Shown here one piece after another: positions 18,302-28,373 of a DNA stretch of 64,000 bases. Position 1 is the first letter of the stretch; every line of letters starts with the position of its first letter. The notes under the pieces are model-generated. The model worked only from the letters and a program-made list of their open reading frames with translations, searched no databases and was not told the origin of the DNA. The DNA is from Candidatus Sumerlaeaceae bacterium. Its GTDB lineage: Bacteria; Sumerlaeota; Sumerlaeia; Sumerlaeales; Sumerlaeaceae. The stretch is from assembly GCA_051003195.1 (NCBI GenBank), contig JBPCLP010000033.1, positions 34,821 through 98,820 of the forward strand, in the 5' to 3' direction. A program made the translations under genes and the position numbers.

Positions 18302-19399
18302 TCACACGCTGAACAGGAAGTTAATCACATCCCCGTCCTGCACGTGGTATTGTTTTCCCTCCAGCCGAACTTGCCCCTTCTTCTTTGCTTCGGCCGTGCT
18401 GCCGGCTTTCACGAGGTCATCGTACTTAATCACCTCTGCACGAATGTAGCCTCGTTCGAAATCGCTGTGGATCGCTCCGGCTGCCTGCGGCCCCGTCGAG
18501 CCCTTGTGAATAGTCCACGCGCGAACTTCATCTTCGCCGGCAGTCAGAAACGACATTTGTCCCTGTAGATCATAACTTAGCGCGATGATGCGGCTCGCCG
18601 CAGGTTCACTAATGTGGTAGTCCTGCAGGAACATGTCGCGGTCTTCACCGGAAAGCTGCGAGATTTCTGCTTCGACAGAGCCGGCGAGCCAGGCCGTCAT
18701 TGTGTTCGGCAGATCCGTCACCCCGGCGAGGTTCATGGAATTAACTGCCTCATCTCCGCCGGCAATTTTTGTTTCGTCCACATTAAGCAAAAACATGAGC
18801 GGCTTTGCAGAAAGAAACTGAAAGCCGCGGACCGCCTTCTCCTCGTCCGATGTGAGTTCGACCGCACGAATCGGGCGATTGTCCTCCAGCGCGGGTTTGA
18901 TTTTCTGCAGCACCGCGTACTCCGCCGCCATGACATCTTTTTCTTTCCCGGTCAGTTTCAGGATCTGCTTTTCAATTTTAGGCAGGCGATTCTCTACTTT
19001 GGCCAGATCGCTGAAGACGAGTTCCAGGTGAATTGCTTCAGCATCTGAGGCTGGATTCGGTGCCCCCTGCACCTGGTCGTCAAAACCACGGACCACCGCG
19101 ATAAGTGCGTCTGCCTTGCTGACGAATTGCAGCAGTGCTTCCGGTACACCCTTGTGCTCGTCGCCGGTTTCTTTCTGCATGCCCGCAACGTCGACGTATT
19201 TCACCGTGGCGTAGGTAATCTTTTTCGGGGTATAGATCTCCGCGAGTTTGTCGACACGGGGGTCCGGCACTTTAACCACCGCGACATTGGGTTCGAGCTT
19301 GCCGCCGGCAAAAGCGGAAGTCTCCGCCTTTCCACCTGTCAGCGCATTAAATACTGTCGTCTTGCCCGATTTCTGAAGGCCAACGAGGGCGAGTTCCAT
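18302..19399 (-). CDS. ychF: redox-regulated ATPase YchF (Obg family)
   Basis: GLQKSGKTTVFNALT, VPDPRVD, DVAG, FLTAGEDEVRAW, AGAIHSDFERG and EGKQYHVQDGD motifs. Confidence 0.95.
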   Translation of the reverse strand: MELALVGLQKSGKTTVFNALTGGKAETSAFAGGKLEPNVAVVKVPDPRVDKLAEIYTPKKITYATVKYVDVAGMQKETGDEHKGVPEALLQFVSKADALIAVVRGFDDQVQGAPNPASDAEAIHLELVFSDLAKVENRLPKIEKQILKLTGKEKDVMAAEYAVLQKIKPALEDNRPIRAVELTSDEEKAVRGFQFLSAKPLMFLLNVDETKIAGGDEAVNSMNLAGVTDLPNTMTAWLAGSVEAEISQLSGEDRDMFLQDYHISEPAASRIIALSYDLQGQMSFLTAGEDEVRAWTIHKGSTGPQAAGAIHSDFERGYIRAEVIKYDDLVKAGSTAEAKKKGQVRLEGKQYHVQDGDVINFLFSV

Positions 19400-19562
19400 G
19401 TGATACCATTATCCAGTTCTAGTAAGGCAGTTATAGTCCCGCGATTTCGGAAGACCTATGCGACCAAGAAGTTGGTGAGTCGCGTCACTCACAAGTTCAA
19501 AAGGCGCCGAATTCCCGGGATATCTTCGGGCAATGACATGTCGCGGGTTATCTTAAACGGGT

Positions 19563-19988
19563 CTACTTAATGCCCATTTTGTCCAGGAGCGCTGTAGCCC
19601 GGCGGCCGTCAAGACCAGCGCCGTGCTTTTCCTTTAACGCTTTCATGATCATGCCCTTGCGGTTTTCGCCGGTCGACTGGAGTTCGAGTACTGCAGCCCC
19701 GATTTCCTCGTCGGACAACTGTTTTGGCAGGTACACGCTCAGGATTTCAATCTCGCTTAGGTACTTGGCGGCCTCGACGGGCCGTGCGGCGCCATGCTGA
19801 TCGATGAACTCCCGAAGCGACTTCACGTATGCGGAGATCGACGCGACAGCGACGTCACCTTTGGCCGACGGGTCCTTCTCTTTTCTTTGTATTTCTCCAA
19901 GGATGTAATCGAGCACGCCCTTTTTGTCGGCTTCGCGTGCCTTCATAGCATCGATGCGATCTTTCTGAATCTGTGCCTTTATGTCCAT
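19563..19988 (-). CDS. yqeY: GatB/YqeY domain protein
   Basis: IQKDRIDAMKARE...EIEILSVYLPKQLSDEEI...KGMIMKALK pattern; start set at the ATG at 19988. Confidence 0.85.
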   Translation of the reverse strand: MDIKAQIQKDRIDAMKAREADKKGVLDYILGEIQRKEKDPSAKGDVAVASISAYVKSLREFIDQHGAARPVEAAKYLSEIEILSVYLPKQLSDEEIGAAVLELQSTGENRKGMIMKALKEKHGAGLDGRRATALLDKMGIK

Positions 19989-20167
19989 GGGCTCCAGAGT
20001 ACGTTCATGCAATTGCTGGTCAAGTGACAACGAGGCTGCTCGTTTTACGCTCAACTCAACGCGATACGGTTACAAACCCATCAATAATGTTCCGCCTATA
20101 ATTGGTGTTGAAGTGTATTAATGGGCGAAAACCTTTAGACGCATATTATGCACGAGGAGACAGGCGC

Positions 20168-21679
20168 ATGAGCGCGGGCACAGCCGAGAAGACCAGGTAC
20201 AAAAACTATATTGCAGGCGAGTGGGTCGCGGACGGTTCCGAGGGAACCTTCGAGAATCGCAACCCCGCCGACACGACCGACCTGGTAGGCGAGTTTCCGA
20301 GTGCCGGTTCAGAGGAAGTAGAGGCCGCCGTTGCCGCGGCGAAGGAAGCGTATCGTAGCTGGAGCCTGACACCCGCTCCGCGTCGTGGCGAGATTATCCG
20401 TCGCGCAGGCGATCTGCTCTCGGGGCGCAAGGAAGAGCTTGCGCGGCTGATGACTCGCGAAATGGGTAAGGTGCTCGCCGAGACTCGTGGAGACGTGCAG
20501 GAAGGAATCGACACTGCCTACTACGCAGCAGGGGAGGGGCGCCGCCTTTTCGGCGATACAGTTCCATGCGAACTGCCGAACAAGTTCGGTATGAGTGTGC
20601 GCTGCCCGGTTGGCGTGTGCGGAATGATCACACCCTGGAATTTCCCGATGGCGATCCCGACATGGAAAATTTTTCCCGCGCTGATTTGCGGAAACACTGT
20701 TGTCTTTAAGCCTTCCCAGGAGACGCCCGCCACTGCTGTTAAATTCATTGAGACCCTTCTGGAAGCGGGTGTGCCGCCCAAAGTCGTGAACATCGTTTGC
20801 GGCATGGGTGCGAACGTAGGTGCGCAGCTTGTAGAACACCCGGATGTACCCGTCATTTCTTTCACAGGCTCGTCTGCCGTCGGCCGCGAGATTGGCTCCA
20901 AAGCCGGAAAGCAGTTGAAGCGCGTGTCGCTGGAACTCGGCGGCAAGAACGCCATGATCGTCATGGACGACGCCGATATGGATCTCGCCATCGAAGGCGC
21001 GGTGTGGGGCGCGTTCGGCACCACGGGGCAGCGCTGCACTGCTACGTCGCGCTTGATCGTCCACGAGAAAATCGCGGACAAGTTTACCGAGCGGCTGATC
21101 GACCGCGCGAAGAAGCTGGTTGTCGGCAACGGCCTCGAAGCGGACACCCAGATGGGACCCGTCATCAACCAGAAGCAGCGCGACAGCATTAAAAACTATA
21201 TTCGGATTGGCCAGGAAGAGGACAAGGCAAAGCTGGCATGTGGCGGCAACGAGATCACTGGCAGTAAGCACGCCAACGGATGGTTCCTGGAGCCGACGAT
21301 CTTCACAGACGTAAAGCCCAGCATGCGCATCGCGCAGGAAGAAATCTTTGGACCGGTGCTCGCCGTCATTCGCGTCAAAGACCTGGAGGAGGCAATCGAA
21401 GTGCTCAACGGTACGATTTATGGTCTCAGCTCATCCATTTACACGCGTGATGTCAATGCGGCTTTCCGCGCGATCCGCGACATCCAGGCAGGTATCACCT
21501 ACGTCAATGGGCCCACCATTGGTGCCGAAGTTCAGCTTCCATTCGGCGGCGTCAAAGCAACGGGCAACGGTCATCGCGAAGCAAGCCACACCGTGCTCGA
21601 CATCTTCACCGAGTGGAAAAGCGTGTACGTGGATTACAGCGGCCGCCTCCAGAAAGCGCAGATCGACAACCCGGAATAA
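20168..21679 (+). CDS. NAD(P)-dependent aldehyde dehydrogenase
   Basis: [31 protein letters not shown] (catalytic Cys), QEEIFGPV and PFGGVK motifs; SD GAGGAG. Confidence 0.95.
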   Translation: MSAGTAEKTRYKNYIAGEWVADGSEGTFENRNPADTTDLVGEFPSAGSEEVEAAVAAAKEAYRSWSLTPAPRRGEIIRRAGDLLSGRKEELARLMTREMGKVLAETRGDVQEGIDTAYYAAGEGRRLFGDTVPCELPNKFGMSVRCPVGVCGMITPWNFPMAIPTWKIFPALICGNTVVFKPSQETPATAVKFIETLLEAGVPPKVVNIVCGMGANVGAQLVEHPDVPVISFTGSSAVGREIGSKAGKQLKRVSLELGGKNAMIVMDDADMDLAIEGAVWGAFGTTGQRCTATSRLIVHEKIADKFTERLIDRAKKLVVGNGLEADTQMGPVINQKQRDSIKNYIRIGQEEDKAKLACGGNEITGSKHANGWFLEPTIFTDVKPSMRIAQEEIFGPVLAVIRVKDLEEAIEVLNGTIYGLSSSIYTRDVNAAFRAIRDIQAGITYVNGPTIGAEVQLPFGGVKATGNGHREASHTVLDIFTEWKSVYVDYSGRLQKAQIDNPE

Positions 21680-21701
21680 AAGCAACCCACAACAGAAGCA
21701 A

Positions 21702-21791
21702 ACCACAGAGACACAGAGAAAAGCACACAGTTACACACGCAGATAACGAGGCAGACTCGCTCCTCTCGGTGTCGCTCTGTGACTCTGTGGT
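21702..21791. repeat. ACCACAGAG...CTCTGTGGT inverted-repeat element, family 3
   Basis: ACCACAGAGACACAGAG / CTCTGTGACTCTGTGGT arms between convergent genes; a related right arm lies at 18253-18287. Confidence 0.7.
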
Positions 21792-21899
21792 GAGTCTCTC
21801 CGAGGCTGTAAAGCTGCTACGTTGCCACATCAGGAACAACACACCATCATTCAACTATGAACACAAAAGCGGCACTGCTTGCTTTGCTTATGCAGGTGT

Positions 21900-23120
21900 C
21901 TAAATCACCGTTGCCTGCTTCCGCAGAAAGCGTCCAATTTTATCTATGGCCTTTTCAAGCCGGTCAAAACTCGATGCATAACTTGCCCGGATAAAACCCT
22001 CACCGCACGCCCCGAAGGCATTGCCAGGCACAACTGCGACTTTCCGCTCCTGCAGCAGATCACAGCAAAACTGTTCACTGGTCATGCCGGTGCTCTGGAT
22101 ATTCGCAAATGCATAGAAAGCGCCCTCGGGCATCAGGCACTTGAGCCCGAGTTCGTTAAAGCCGGACACAATGAAGTCGCGCCGCATCTCGTACTCGCGG
22201 CGCATATCGGCAATCGCGCCATCGGAATTACGCAGGGCCTCCAGCGCGGCATACTGGCTAACCGTCGGTGCGCACAACATCGTATACTGGTGAATTTTCA
22301 CCATCGCCGCGGCCAGTTCCTCAGGAGCGCAGAGGTAGCCCAGCCGCCATCCTGTCATCGCGTGGCTTTTCGAAAACCCCGAGACAATGACCACGTGGTC
22401 CTTCATGCCGGGAAACGACGCGAGCGAGACATGCTGTCCTTCGTAGGTCAGCTCCGCGTAAATCTCGTCGCTGATGACCAGCAGGTCATTCCGCTCGACA
22501 AAGTCCGCCAGCAACTGAAGGTCTTCGCGGTTGAACGTACTGCCTGTTGGATTGCTCGGGTAATTGAGCATGATCGCCTTCGTGCGGGGCGTGACGACCT
22601 TCTGCAACTCTTCGAGATTAATTCGAAAATTGTCTTTCTGCCAGGTAGGAAAAAGCACAGGCACGCCGCCCGCGAAAACAACAGTTGGCGCATAGGAAAC
22701 ATAGCAGGGCTCGACTACGATCACTTCTTCCCCGGGATTCAGGATTGCCCGTAGTGCGATATCTATCGCTTCACTGGCACCGACAGTGATGACGATTTCA
22801 GATCCTGGATCATAGGATACATCGTACTTGGCATGCAGCCACTCTGCCAGCTCTTCACGCAATTCGATCAGGCCGTAATTGCTCGTGTAGGTAGTGTGTC
22901 CCTTCTCGATTTCATAGACTGCCTGTTCGCGGATGTTCCATGGTGTCCGAAAATCGGGCTCCCCAACACCAAGGCTGATCACATCATCCATGCCGATAAC
23001 CAGCTCGAAAAAGCGGCGAATGCCCGAGGGTGGCACGTCGGCCACATGGCGAGCGACCTTGTGCGCTGTACCCTTTCGGGGAATCAGCCCTGCGCCGCTC
23101 TCACATATTTCTACGCTCAC
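21900..23120 (-). CDS. PLP-dependent aminotransferase class I/II (AlaT/YugH-like)
   Basis: PSGIRRFF, VISLGVGEPDF, NYPSNPTG, SDEIY and SGFSKSHAMTGWRLGY motifs; GTG start with SD GAAGGA; follows an Lrp gene as in alaR-alaT. Confidence 0.93.
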   Translation of the reverse strand: MSVEICESGAGLIPRKGTAHKVARHVADVPPSGIRRFFELVIGMDDVISLGVGEPDFRTPWNIREQAVYEIEKGHTTYTSNYGLIELREELAEWLHAKYDVSYDPGSEIVITVGASEAIDIALRAILNPGEEVIVVEPCYVSYAPTVVFAGGVPVLFPTWQKDNFRINLEELQKVVTPRTKAIMLNYPSNPTGSTFNREDLQLLADFVERNDLLVISDEIYAELTYEGQHVSLASFPGMKDHVVIVSGFSKSHAMTGWRLGYLCAPEELAAAMVKIHQYTMLCAPTVSQYAALEALRNSDGAIADMRREYEMRRDFIVSGFNELGLKCLMPEGAFYAFANIQSTGMTSEQFCCDLLQERKVAVVPGNAFGACGEGFIRASYASSFDRLEKAIDKIGRFLRKQATVI

Positions 23121-23213
23121 ACAGTATCCTTCGTTTTGATCTGGCTTTAAGGTTAGCGTCTGCTGTGCCGCACACCGAACCATCGACGCATAACGTTTCG
23201 AATCAAGTGCTGG

Positions 23214-23401
23214 TGTGGTCTACCGTTAATTCGTATTCGGTTCTGTGTGCCGAATTGAGCTCATCTTCCGCGCCCAAACTGGATAAGAACTTCTGATTCG
23301 GCACACTGGTGTGCTCTACCGTTAATTCGTATTCGGTTCTGTGTGCCGAATTGAGCTCATCTTCCGCGCTCAAACTGAATAGAAATTTCTGATTCGGCAC
23401 A
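23214..23401 (-). mobile_element. family 1 miniature element, tandem dimer (C1 23214-23305, C2 23310-23401)
   Basis: Two 92-bp copies separated by a 4-bp CTGG; outer flanks CTGG and CTAG. Confidence 0.8.
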
Positions 23402-23884
23402 CTAGGGCGTTACCGCCAGCCGGCAGGTGGGGCCTTCGTCATGCAGCACCACGCCTTCCTCTTTGTAGTGCTTTAGCACGAAATGGCTGGTGGTCGACTG
23501 AACATCTTCCTGCGTCGCCAGCTTTTCCGTTACGAAACGCGCAATGTCTTTGATGGAGCGTGCTTCCATGAAGACGAGGAAATCGGTACCACCCGACATC
23601 AGGTAGAGGCTTTGCACCTCCGGGAACCCGCCAATGCGTCGCGCGATCTCGTCAAAGCCATGCCCGCGCTTCGGCGTCACCTTGACCTCGATAATCGCCT
23701 TAACCGCCTCCTCAGAAACGAACTCCGGGTTGATGATCGCCTTGTACGCAACAATCGCCTTCTGTTCTTCCAGGTCTTCGATTGCAGTCGCGACACGTTC
23801 CACCGGTAGCCCAACCCGGCGCGCTATCTGTTCATTGGTCAGCCGCGCATTCTCGCGCAGCAGGTGCAGAATCTTCTGGTTCAT
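23402..23884 (-). CDS. Lrp/AsnC family transcriptional regulator
   Basis: N-terminal HTH (ILHLLRENARLTNEQIA); C-terminal EVQSLYLMSGGTDF...TSHFVLKHYK motif. Confidence 0.93.
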   Translation of the reverse strand: MNQKILHLLRENARLTNEQIARRVGLPVERVATAIEDLEEQKAIVAYKAIINPEFVSEEAVKAIIEVKVTPKRGHGFDEIARRIGGFPEVQSLYLMSGGTDFLVFMEARSIKDIARFVTEKLATQEDVQSTTSHFVLKHYKEEGVVLHDEGPTCRLAVTP

Positions 23885-23941
23885 ACGTCCAATCCTGTGG
23901 CATTCAGGTGTAGCAAGGTACCTGTGCTGCTGGTAAACTAG

Positions 23942-24031
23942 TGTGCCGTCCCAGTATCATCGATATACTTCAAGAAGCTTTCGAGCTCGGACGGCACGCA
24001 AAACCAGTGAACGAATTAATGGGACACCACA
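23942..24031 (+). mobile_element. family 1 miniature element, divergent copy D
   Basis: CTAG|TGTGCCGTCC...GGACGGCACG...CACA|CTAA; same layout with compensatory stem changes. Confidence 0.65.
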
Positions 24032-24904
24032 CTAATCCGCTTTATTTAAGAAGCGCAGTTTCTTGATTGGCCAGTAGCGCAAAAACGCCCGCCCACGTAA
24101 ATTGTCGATCGGCAGCGGTCCCCAATAGCGGCTGTCCGCACTATTGTCCGAGTTATCGCCAAGCGCGATTACATGGCCCTCCGGTACGGTGACGTCATAT
24201 TCGCTGGTACGTTCTGAGGTGCTATACTGGTTGTGCGCGATTGCTTCGGGCTCACTCAGCTTCTGACCGTCTATATACACATGCTTGTCCGGTCGGATTT
24301 CAATATGTTCATCCGGCAGCCCCACACAACGTTTCACATACGTGCTCTGGCTGCGAAGGTAATTATGTACCGGGAACTCCGCGCCATTGCGCTCGTAGCC
24401 CTTGGTGACATTCAGCTTAAAGGGTACGCGGAACACGATGATGTCGCCTCGTTTCGGAGGATCGAACCAGTAGGCGAACTTGTTTACAAAAATCCGGTGC
24501 TCTTCAAGGTGAAGCTCGTTGCGCAGCATCAGGCTCTGGCTTGCGGTCAGGTGTTCCAGGCCTTTGCGCCCGTCGTAATGCCAGTAGCCATTTGTCTGTT
24601 TGCGGAAAACCTGGACCGATGCCTGTCGGCGGTCCTTGATCAGCAGAAATTGCGCACTGGTGCCAGATTCGTCGTATGCGGGTCCCTCGGCTATGAAGTC
24701 GCCCAGCAAAGTGGGACTCATTGAACCGGAGGGAATTTTAAACAACTCTACAACAAACGTGCGGATGAACATGGCTAGAACGAACGCAATCACCAGGGCG
24801 TCGATCCATTCGCGGAGGTAGGAAAGAATACCTGTGCTTTCAGGCGCCGGCGGATCCAGCGGCGAAAGCTCCCCATCTGGATTTGTTCTCTCAGGTCTAG
24901 CCAT
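24032..24904 (-). CDS. lepB: signal peptidase I
   Basis: FKIPSGSMSPTL (Ser), YVKRCVG (Lys) and GDNSDNSADSRYWG motifs. Confidence 0.95.
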   Translation of the reverse strand: MARPERTNPDGELSPLDPPAPESTGILSYLREWIDALVIAFVLAMFIRTFVVELFKIPSGSMSPTLLGDFIAEGPAYDESGTSAQFLLIKDRRQASVQVFRKQTNGYWHYDGRKGLEHLTASQSLMLRNELHLEEHRIFVNKFAYWFDPPKRGDIIVFRVPFKLNVTKGYERNGAEFPVHNYLRSQSTYVKRCVGLPDEHIEIRPDKHVYIDGQKLSEPEAIAHNQYSTSERTSEYDVTVPEGHVIALGDNSDNSADSRYWGPLPIDNLRGRAFLRYWPIKKLRFLNKAD

Positions 24905-25059
24905 AAAGTACGGCGAAGGTGTGGCGGCGGTTGGTCATGGCAACCGAAATCTATGGGATGCGCTGATATTCAGAACACACCTGCCGATACCGCCGGTCGA
25001 ATTTACATTAATAAAACCGAACTGGCGCCCACCCGTTGTCACGTTGCCTCGACGTCAGC

Positions 25060-25839
25060 TCACGCCGGCTTCTCGCACAACTTCATTTTGATATAGTTAA
25101 AGCTGATTTTCAGCGAGTCAAACGGATCACCCGGCGTGGTATCCTGCTCAACAATAAACCATTCGCAGCCCGAACGTTCCGCGGTGCTAATAATACGTCT
25201 CCAGTTCAGGTTGCCGTTCCCGATCTCCGCATAATCGGGTTTGTTGTCCTCGCCGATCTTATAATCTTTCATGTGCAGCAAAGGCAGACGTCCTTTAAGC
25301 TTTCTACACCATTCCACGGGATCGCCGCCGCCATGCTGCACCCAGTACGTGTCGATCTCGGCCTGCAGATACGCCGGGTTGGTGCTGCGATAAATCCAGT
25401 CCAGTATCGTGCGAGTGCCGGCTCGCTTCAGCTCGATGCTATGGTTATGATAAGAGAGCACCATTCCAGCTTCGTGAAACCTTTGGCCCGCCTCTTCCAA
25501 TTGTGCTGCGAATTTTTTCACTTCTTGCGGCGTGTTCATTGGTATCTCACCGGGATGCGGATACGCGACGTGCTTGCACCGAAGGGTGTGCATTTGCTCG
25601 ATTACAGCGTCGGGATTACCAACGATCTCCGCTCCGGCCACGTGAATGGCGCAGCAGGTCAGCCCCTCGGCATCCAGGATACGCACAACATCCGCGCGCG
25701 GGATCGGTCCAATCGCACTCACCTGCACGCTGCGATACCCAATCTCCTGCAGCTTCGCCATGGACCGCGCAAAGTCTTCTGCTGTGCGCGTGTATGCACG
25801 AATTGTATACAGTTGCGCCGCGACCTGCTCTAATTTCAT
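25060..25839 (-). CDS. sugar phosphate isomerase/epimerase (TIM barrel)
   Basis: AQLYTIR, YHNHSIE, EIDTYWV, LHMKD, EIGNG and IVEQD motifs; overlaps the upstream oxidoreductase by 4 bp. Confidence 0.9.
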   Translation of the reverse strand: MKLEQVAAQLYTIRAYTRTAEDFARSMAKLQEIGYRSVQVSAIGPIPRADVVRILDAEGLTCCAIHVAGAEIVGNPDAVIEQMHTLRCKHVAYPHPGEIPMNTPQEVKKFAAQLEEAGQRFHEAGMVLSYHNHSIELKRAGTRTILDWIYRSTNPAYLQAEIDTYWVQHGGGDPVEWCRKLKGRLPLLHMKDYKIGEDNKPDYAEIGNGNLNWRRIISTAERSGCEWFIVEQDTTPGDPFDSLKISFNYIKMKLCEKPA

Positions 25840-26951
25840 TTCGGTTTCTCCGCCCTTGAACCGGATTTTAACTTCTCAAGGTGCTCTTCGTATTCGATTG
25901 CGTTCAGGGGCAATTCGATCGTGCGGCCTTGCATGGAGGAAAGCAGGAAAGTGTTGGCAAGCTCCACAGAATGGATGCCTTCCCTGGCAGGGGCGATCAA
26001 TGGCGCACCAGTCAGGATCGCGTCGACAAAATTTTGCAGAATGCCCACGTGCTTCGCCCCGGCGCCTGGTATCGCCAGCGGGATCTTAACGTCCCATGCG
26101 GGCGGTGGCGCGAATCCAAGCTTGGACTTCCGACAAAACTCCGACACCGGCACTTCGGTCCGCGCGAATTGCAGTTCACCGTTTTCGTAAAGCAGCCGGC
26201 CGCGATCACACGCGATCTCCAGCCTGTTTGAACCCGGCGATTCCCCCGTCGATGTAATAAACACTGCCGTCCGGCCGTCCGGGTACTCCATATACGCCGT
26301 AACATCGTCCTCTACCTCGATACTATGATAACGGCCCAGGGTGCAATGCGCGCGCACTCGCGCGGGCATGCCAAACATCCACTGGAACAAATCGAGCTGA
26401 TGCGGGCATTGATTTAATAGCACGCCGCCGCCTTCACCCGCCCACGTCGCGCGCCATGTACCCGACGCATAATAGGCATCGCTTCGGAACCATTGGGTGG
26501 CGATCCAGTTGACCCGTTTAATGGATCCGAGTTCTCCCGAAATAATCAAACTGCGGATTTTAGTAAATTCCGGATCCGTGCGAAGCTGGAACATCGCACC
26601 GAAAACCTGCTGCGGATTTTTGTGCGCGGCTATCAGGCGTTCACAATCTGCTTTGTGCACGCTGATCGGTTTCTCCATCATCACGTGAAGACCGTGCTGC
26701 AGCGCGTCGATACCAATGGAAGTGTGGCTGTAATGCGGCGTCGCAATCACAACCGCGTCGACTTCACCTGAGCGTATCAGTTCGGCGCTGCTCTCGTACC
26801 CCGGGATTCCGTGCAACGATTTCAACCGCTCGGGGCTTGGGTCACACACTGCTGCCAGCTCTGCTCCGGGCACGTTGCCATCGCGCAGCCAGTTCGCGTG
26901 CGCGCTGCCCATCGCGCCGATGCCGATTACTCCTATGCGTACTTTGTCCAT
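25836..26951 (-). CDS. Gfo/Idh/MocA family oxidoreductase
   Basis: GVIGIGAMG, IATPHYSH, MMEKP and GGGVLLNQCPHQLD motifs. Confidence 0.93.
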   Translation of the reverse strand: MDKVRIGVIGIGAMGSAHANWLRDGNVPGAELAAVCDPSPERLKSLHGIPGYESSAELIRSGEVDAVVIATPHYSHTSIGIDALQHGLHVMMEKPISVHKADCERLIAAHKNPQQVFGAMFQLRTDPEFTKIRSLIISGELGSIKRVNWIATQWFRSDAYYASGTWRATWAGEGGGVLLNQCPHQLDLFQWMFGMPARVRAHCTLGRYHSIEVEDDVTAYMEYPDGRTAVFITSTGESPGSNRLEIACDRGRLLYENGELQFARTEVPVSEFCRKSKLGFAPPPAWDVKIPLAIPGAGAKHVGILQNFVDAILTGAPLIAPAREGIHSVELANTFLLSSMQGRTIELPLNAIEYEEHLEKLKSGSRAEKPK

Positions 26952-27037
26952 GCTTTGGCCGTTACCTGCTGGAGAGTCAAATCTGTGCTCCTGCGATGCG
27001 AAAAGAGCTGCGCAACTGTGTTACGCAAGCAAACTAG

Positions 27038-27121
27038 TGTGCCGAATCAGTACCAGACCAAAGGGCAGACCTGACCTCGATTCGGCACACAGAACAGCTT
27101 TTGAACTAACGGCAGAACACA
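27038..27121 (+). mobile_element. family 1 miniature element, copy E
   Basis: CTAG|TGTGCCGAATC...GATTCGGCACAC...CACA|CTAA. Confidence 0.75.
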
Positions 27122-27239
27122 CTAACGGGAAGAATGCCCCATCGTTTGAGCAAAACTAAACCTTGCGTAACCTGCGCATGCGCGCAGCGTACGCCTGCCC
27201 TCATTCTATAGTGTACGTCCAGAGGAGTTCCAGCACCTG

Positions 27240-27905
27240 ATGCAAACATTAGTGGCACCTGATTGCCCGGCCTGCAATGCTGTGGGCACCATTCGCGGCG
27301 GCCGCTGTACAGCTTGTGGTGCGTCAGTTGCGCGCCCGGGCACGGCACCTGCCACCGAGACGAGCAGTGGTTATCTGCCGCGCATACAATTGGACGAAGA
27401 CTTTGACCCCATTCCCGTCACCGCCCACCTTGGGCCTTCCTTAGATGCGATACATACGGACGCACACCACCGTCCCGCCGCGATCCAGAAAGCCATCCTG
27501 GCCATACTGCTCACGGCATTAATCGGGGTTGCGGTTTTACAGATCCTGAAATGGCAGTCTCCACCCGCATCGGCATTTGTGCAGAGCTTCCAGGAGAAAA
27601 CGTTCCAGGCGCATATACTCAACGGCGAACCGGAACAGACGTGGGTGGCCTACTTTTGGTCGCCGCAGTATTCCCGGTGCCGTGAATTCATCCCCGTGTT
27701 TAACGCCGCAGCGGAAAAGCTGCAGGACACAGCAAGCTTCGCTCGCGTGCGCCTCGAACAGGCGCCGGAAGTTGCCAAAAAGTTTGATGTTACCTTCGTG
27801 CCCGCGCTCCTTGTGTTTCGCGGCGGAGAAGTGATCGCGCGCACCCAGGGTTATTTGAACGACCAGGAATTGATCGACTGGTTAAAGGTGAATCTTATCC
27901 CGTAA
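27240..27905 (+). CDS. zinc-ribbon + TM + thioredoxin-fold protein with a non-canonical active site (WSPQYSRC)
   Basis: CPAC..CTAC ribbon; one TM; VAYFWSPQYSRCR...FDVTFVPALLVFRGGE thioredoxin fold with the cis-Pro position conserved. Confidence 0.8.
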   Translation: MQTLVAPDCPACNAVGTIRGGRCTACGASVARPGTAPATETSSGYLPRIQLDEDFDPIPVTAHLGPSLDAIHTDAHHRPAAIQKAILAILLTALIGVAVLQILKWQSPPASAFVQSFQEKTFQAHILNGEPEQTWVAYFWSPQYSRCREFIPVFNAAAEKLQDTASFARVRLEQAPEVAKKFDVTFVPALLVFRGGEVIARTQGYLNDQELIDWLKVNLIP

Positions 27906-28373
27906 GCCTGTCAATCTCACGTCTCCTTTGAGCATGTATCATAATCGAAGCATAATGCGCTTGGTACCGAACTGCTGAGATGTGGAAAAAAAGCACCTGT
28001 TCGTCCGGTTTGTTTAGGAAATTCAGACCACCGCCCAGGCATTGACCGGTTGGAAGAGCATCGGCTAAGACAACACATCGCTGACAACGTTTGACTTAGA
28101 AGTCGATCAGCCTGCCGCTTTTAATTCTCTACCGGCGCTTACCCTTTCCGCATTCTTATGCTACCTTTTTGTGCATTTTTACTTGATTTCCCTTTTCAGC
28201 CCCCGTACGCCATCAGAGCAATTGCGAAGACCATACGTGTCTTGCGCGGCAAATTTAGGCTCTCTGAGCCCAATGTGTTCGTAGTCGGAAACTCGACGCT
28301 GGCCTTGGGTTTTGTTGGGCAAGGAGAAGCTCAATTGGTTAACATTTTATCTCTTTCTGAGGAGAGTACGGGC

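Noticed and set aside
23203..23400. 65-aa ORF with an internal repeat, and similar text at the end of ORF 59585-59989
   Set aside because: These are translations of the family 1 DNA element, not independent genes.
23214..23401. Tandem family 1 copies as a mini-CRISPR or integron attC array
   Set aside because: The loops are homologous between copies rather than unique spacers, copies are dispersed in both orientations next to housekeeping genes, the attC core motifs are missing, and there is no integrase or cas gene.
28240..28320. c-di-GMP-I riboswitch upstream of the repeat protein (GGCAAA...GGAAA...GACGC)
   Set aside because: Spacing and pairing do not fit the P2 GNRA stem and P3 receptor layout. 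An Rfam scan would be decisive.
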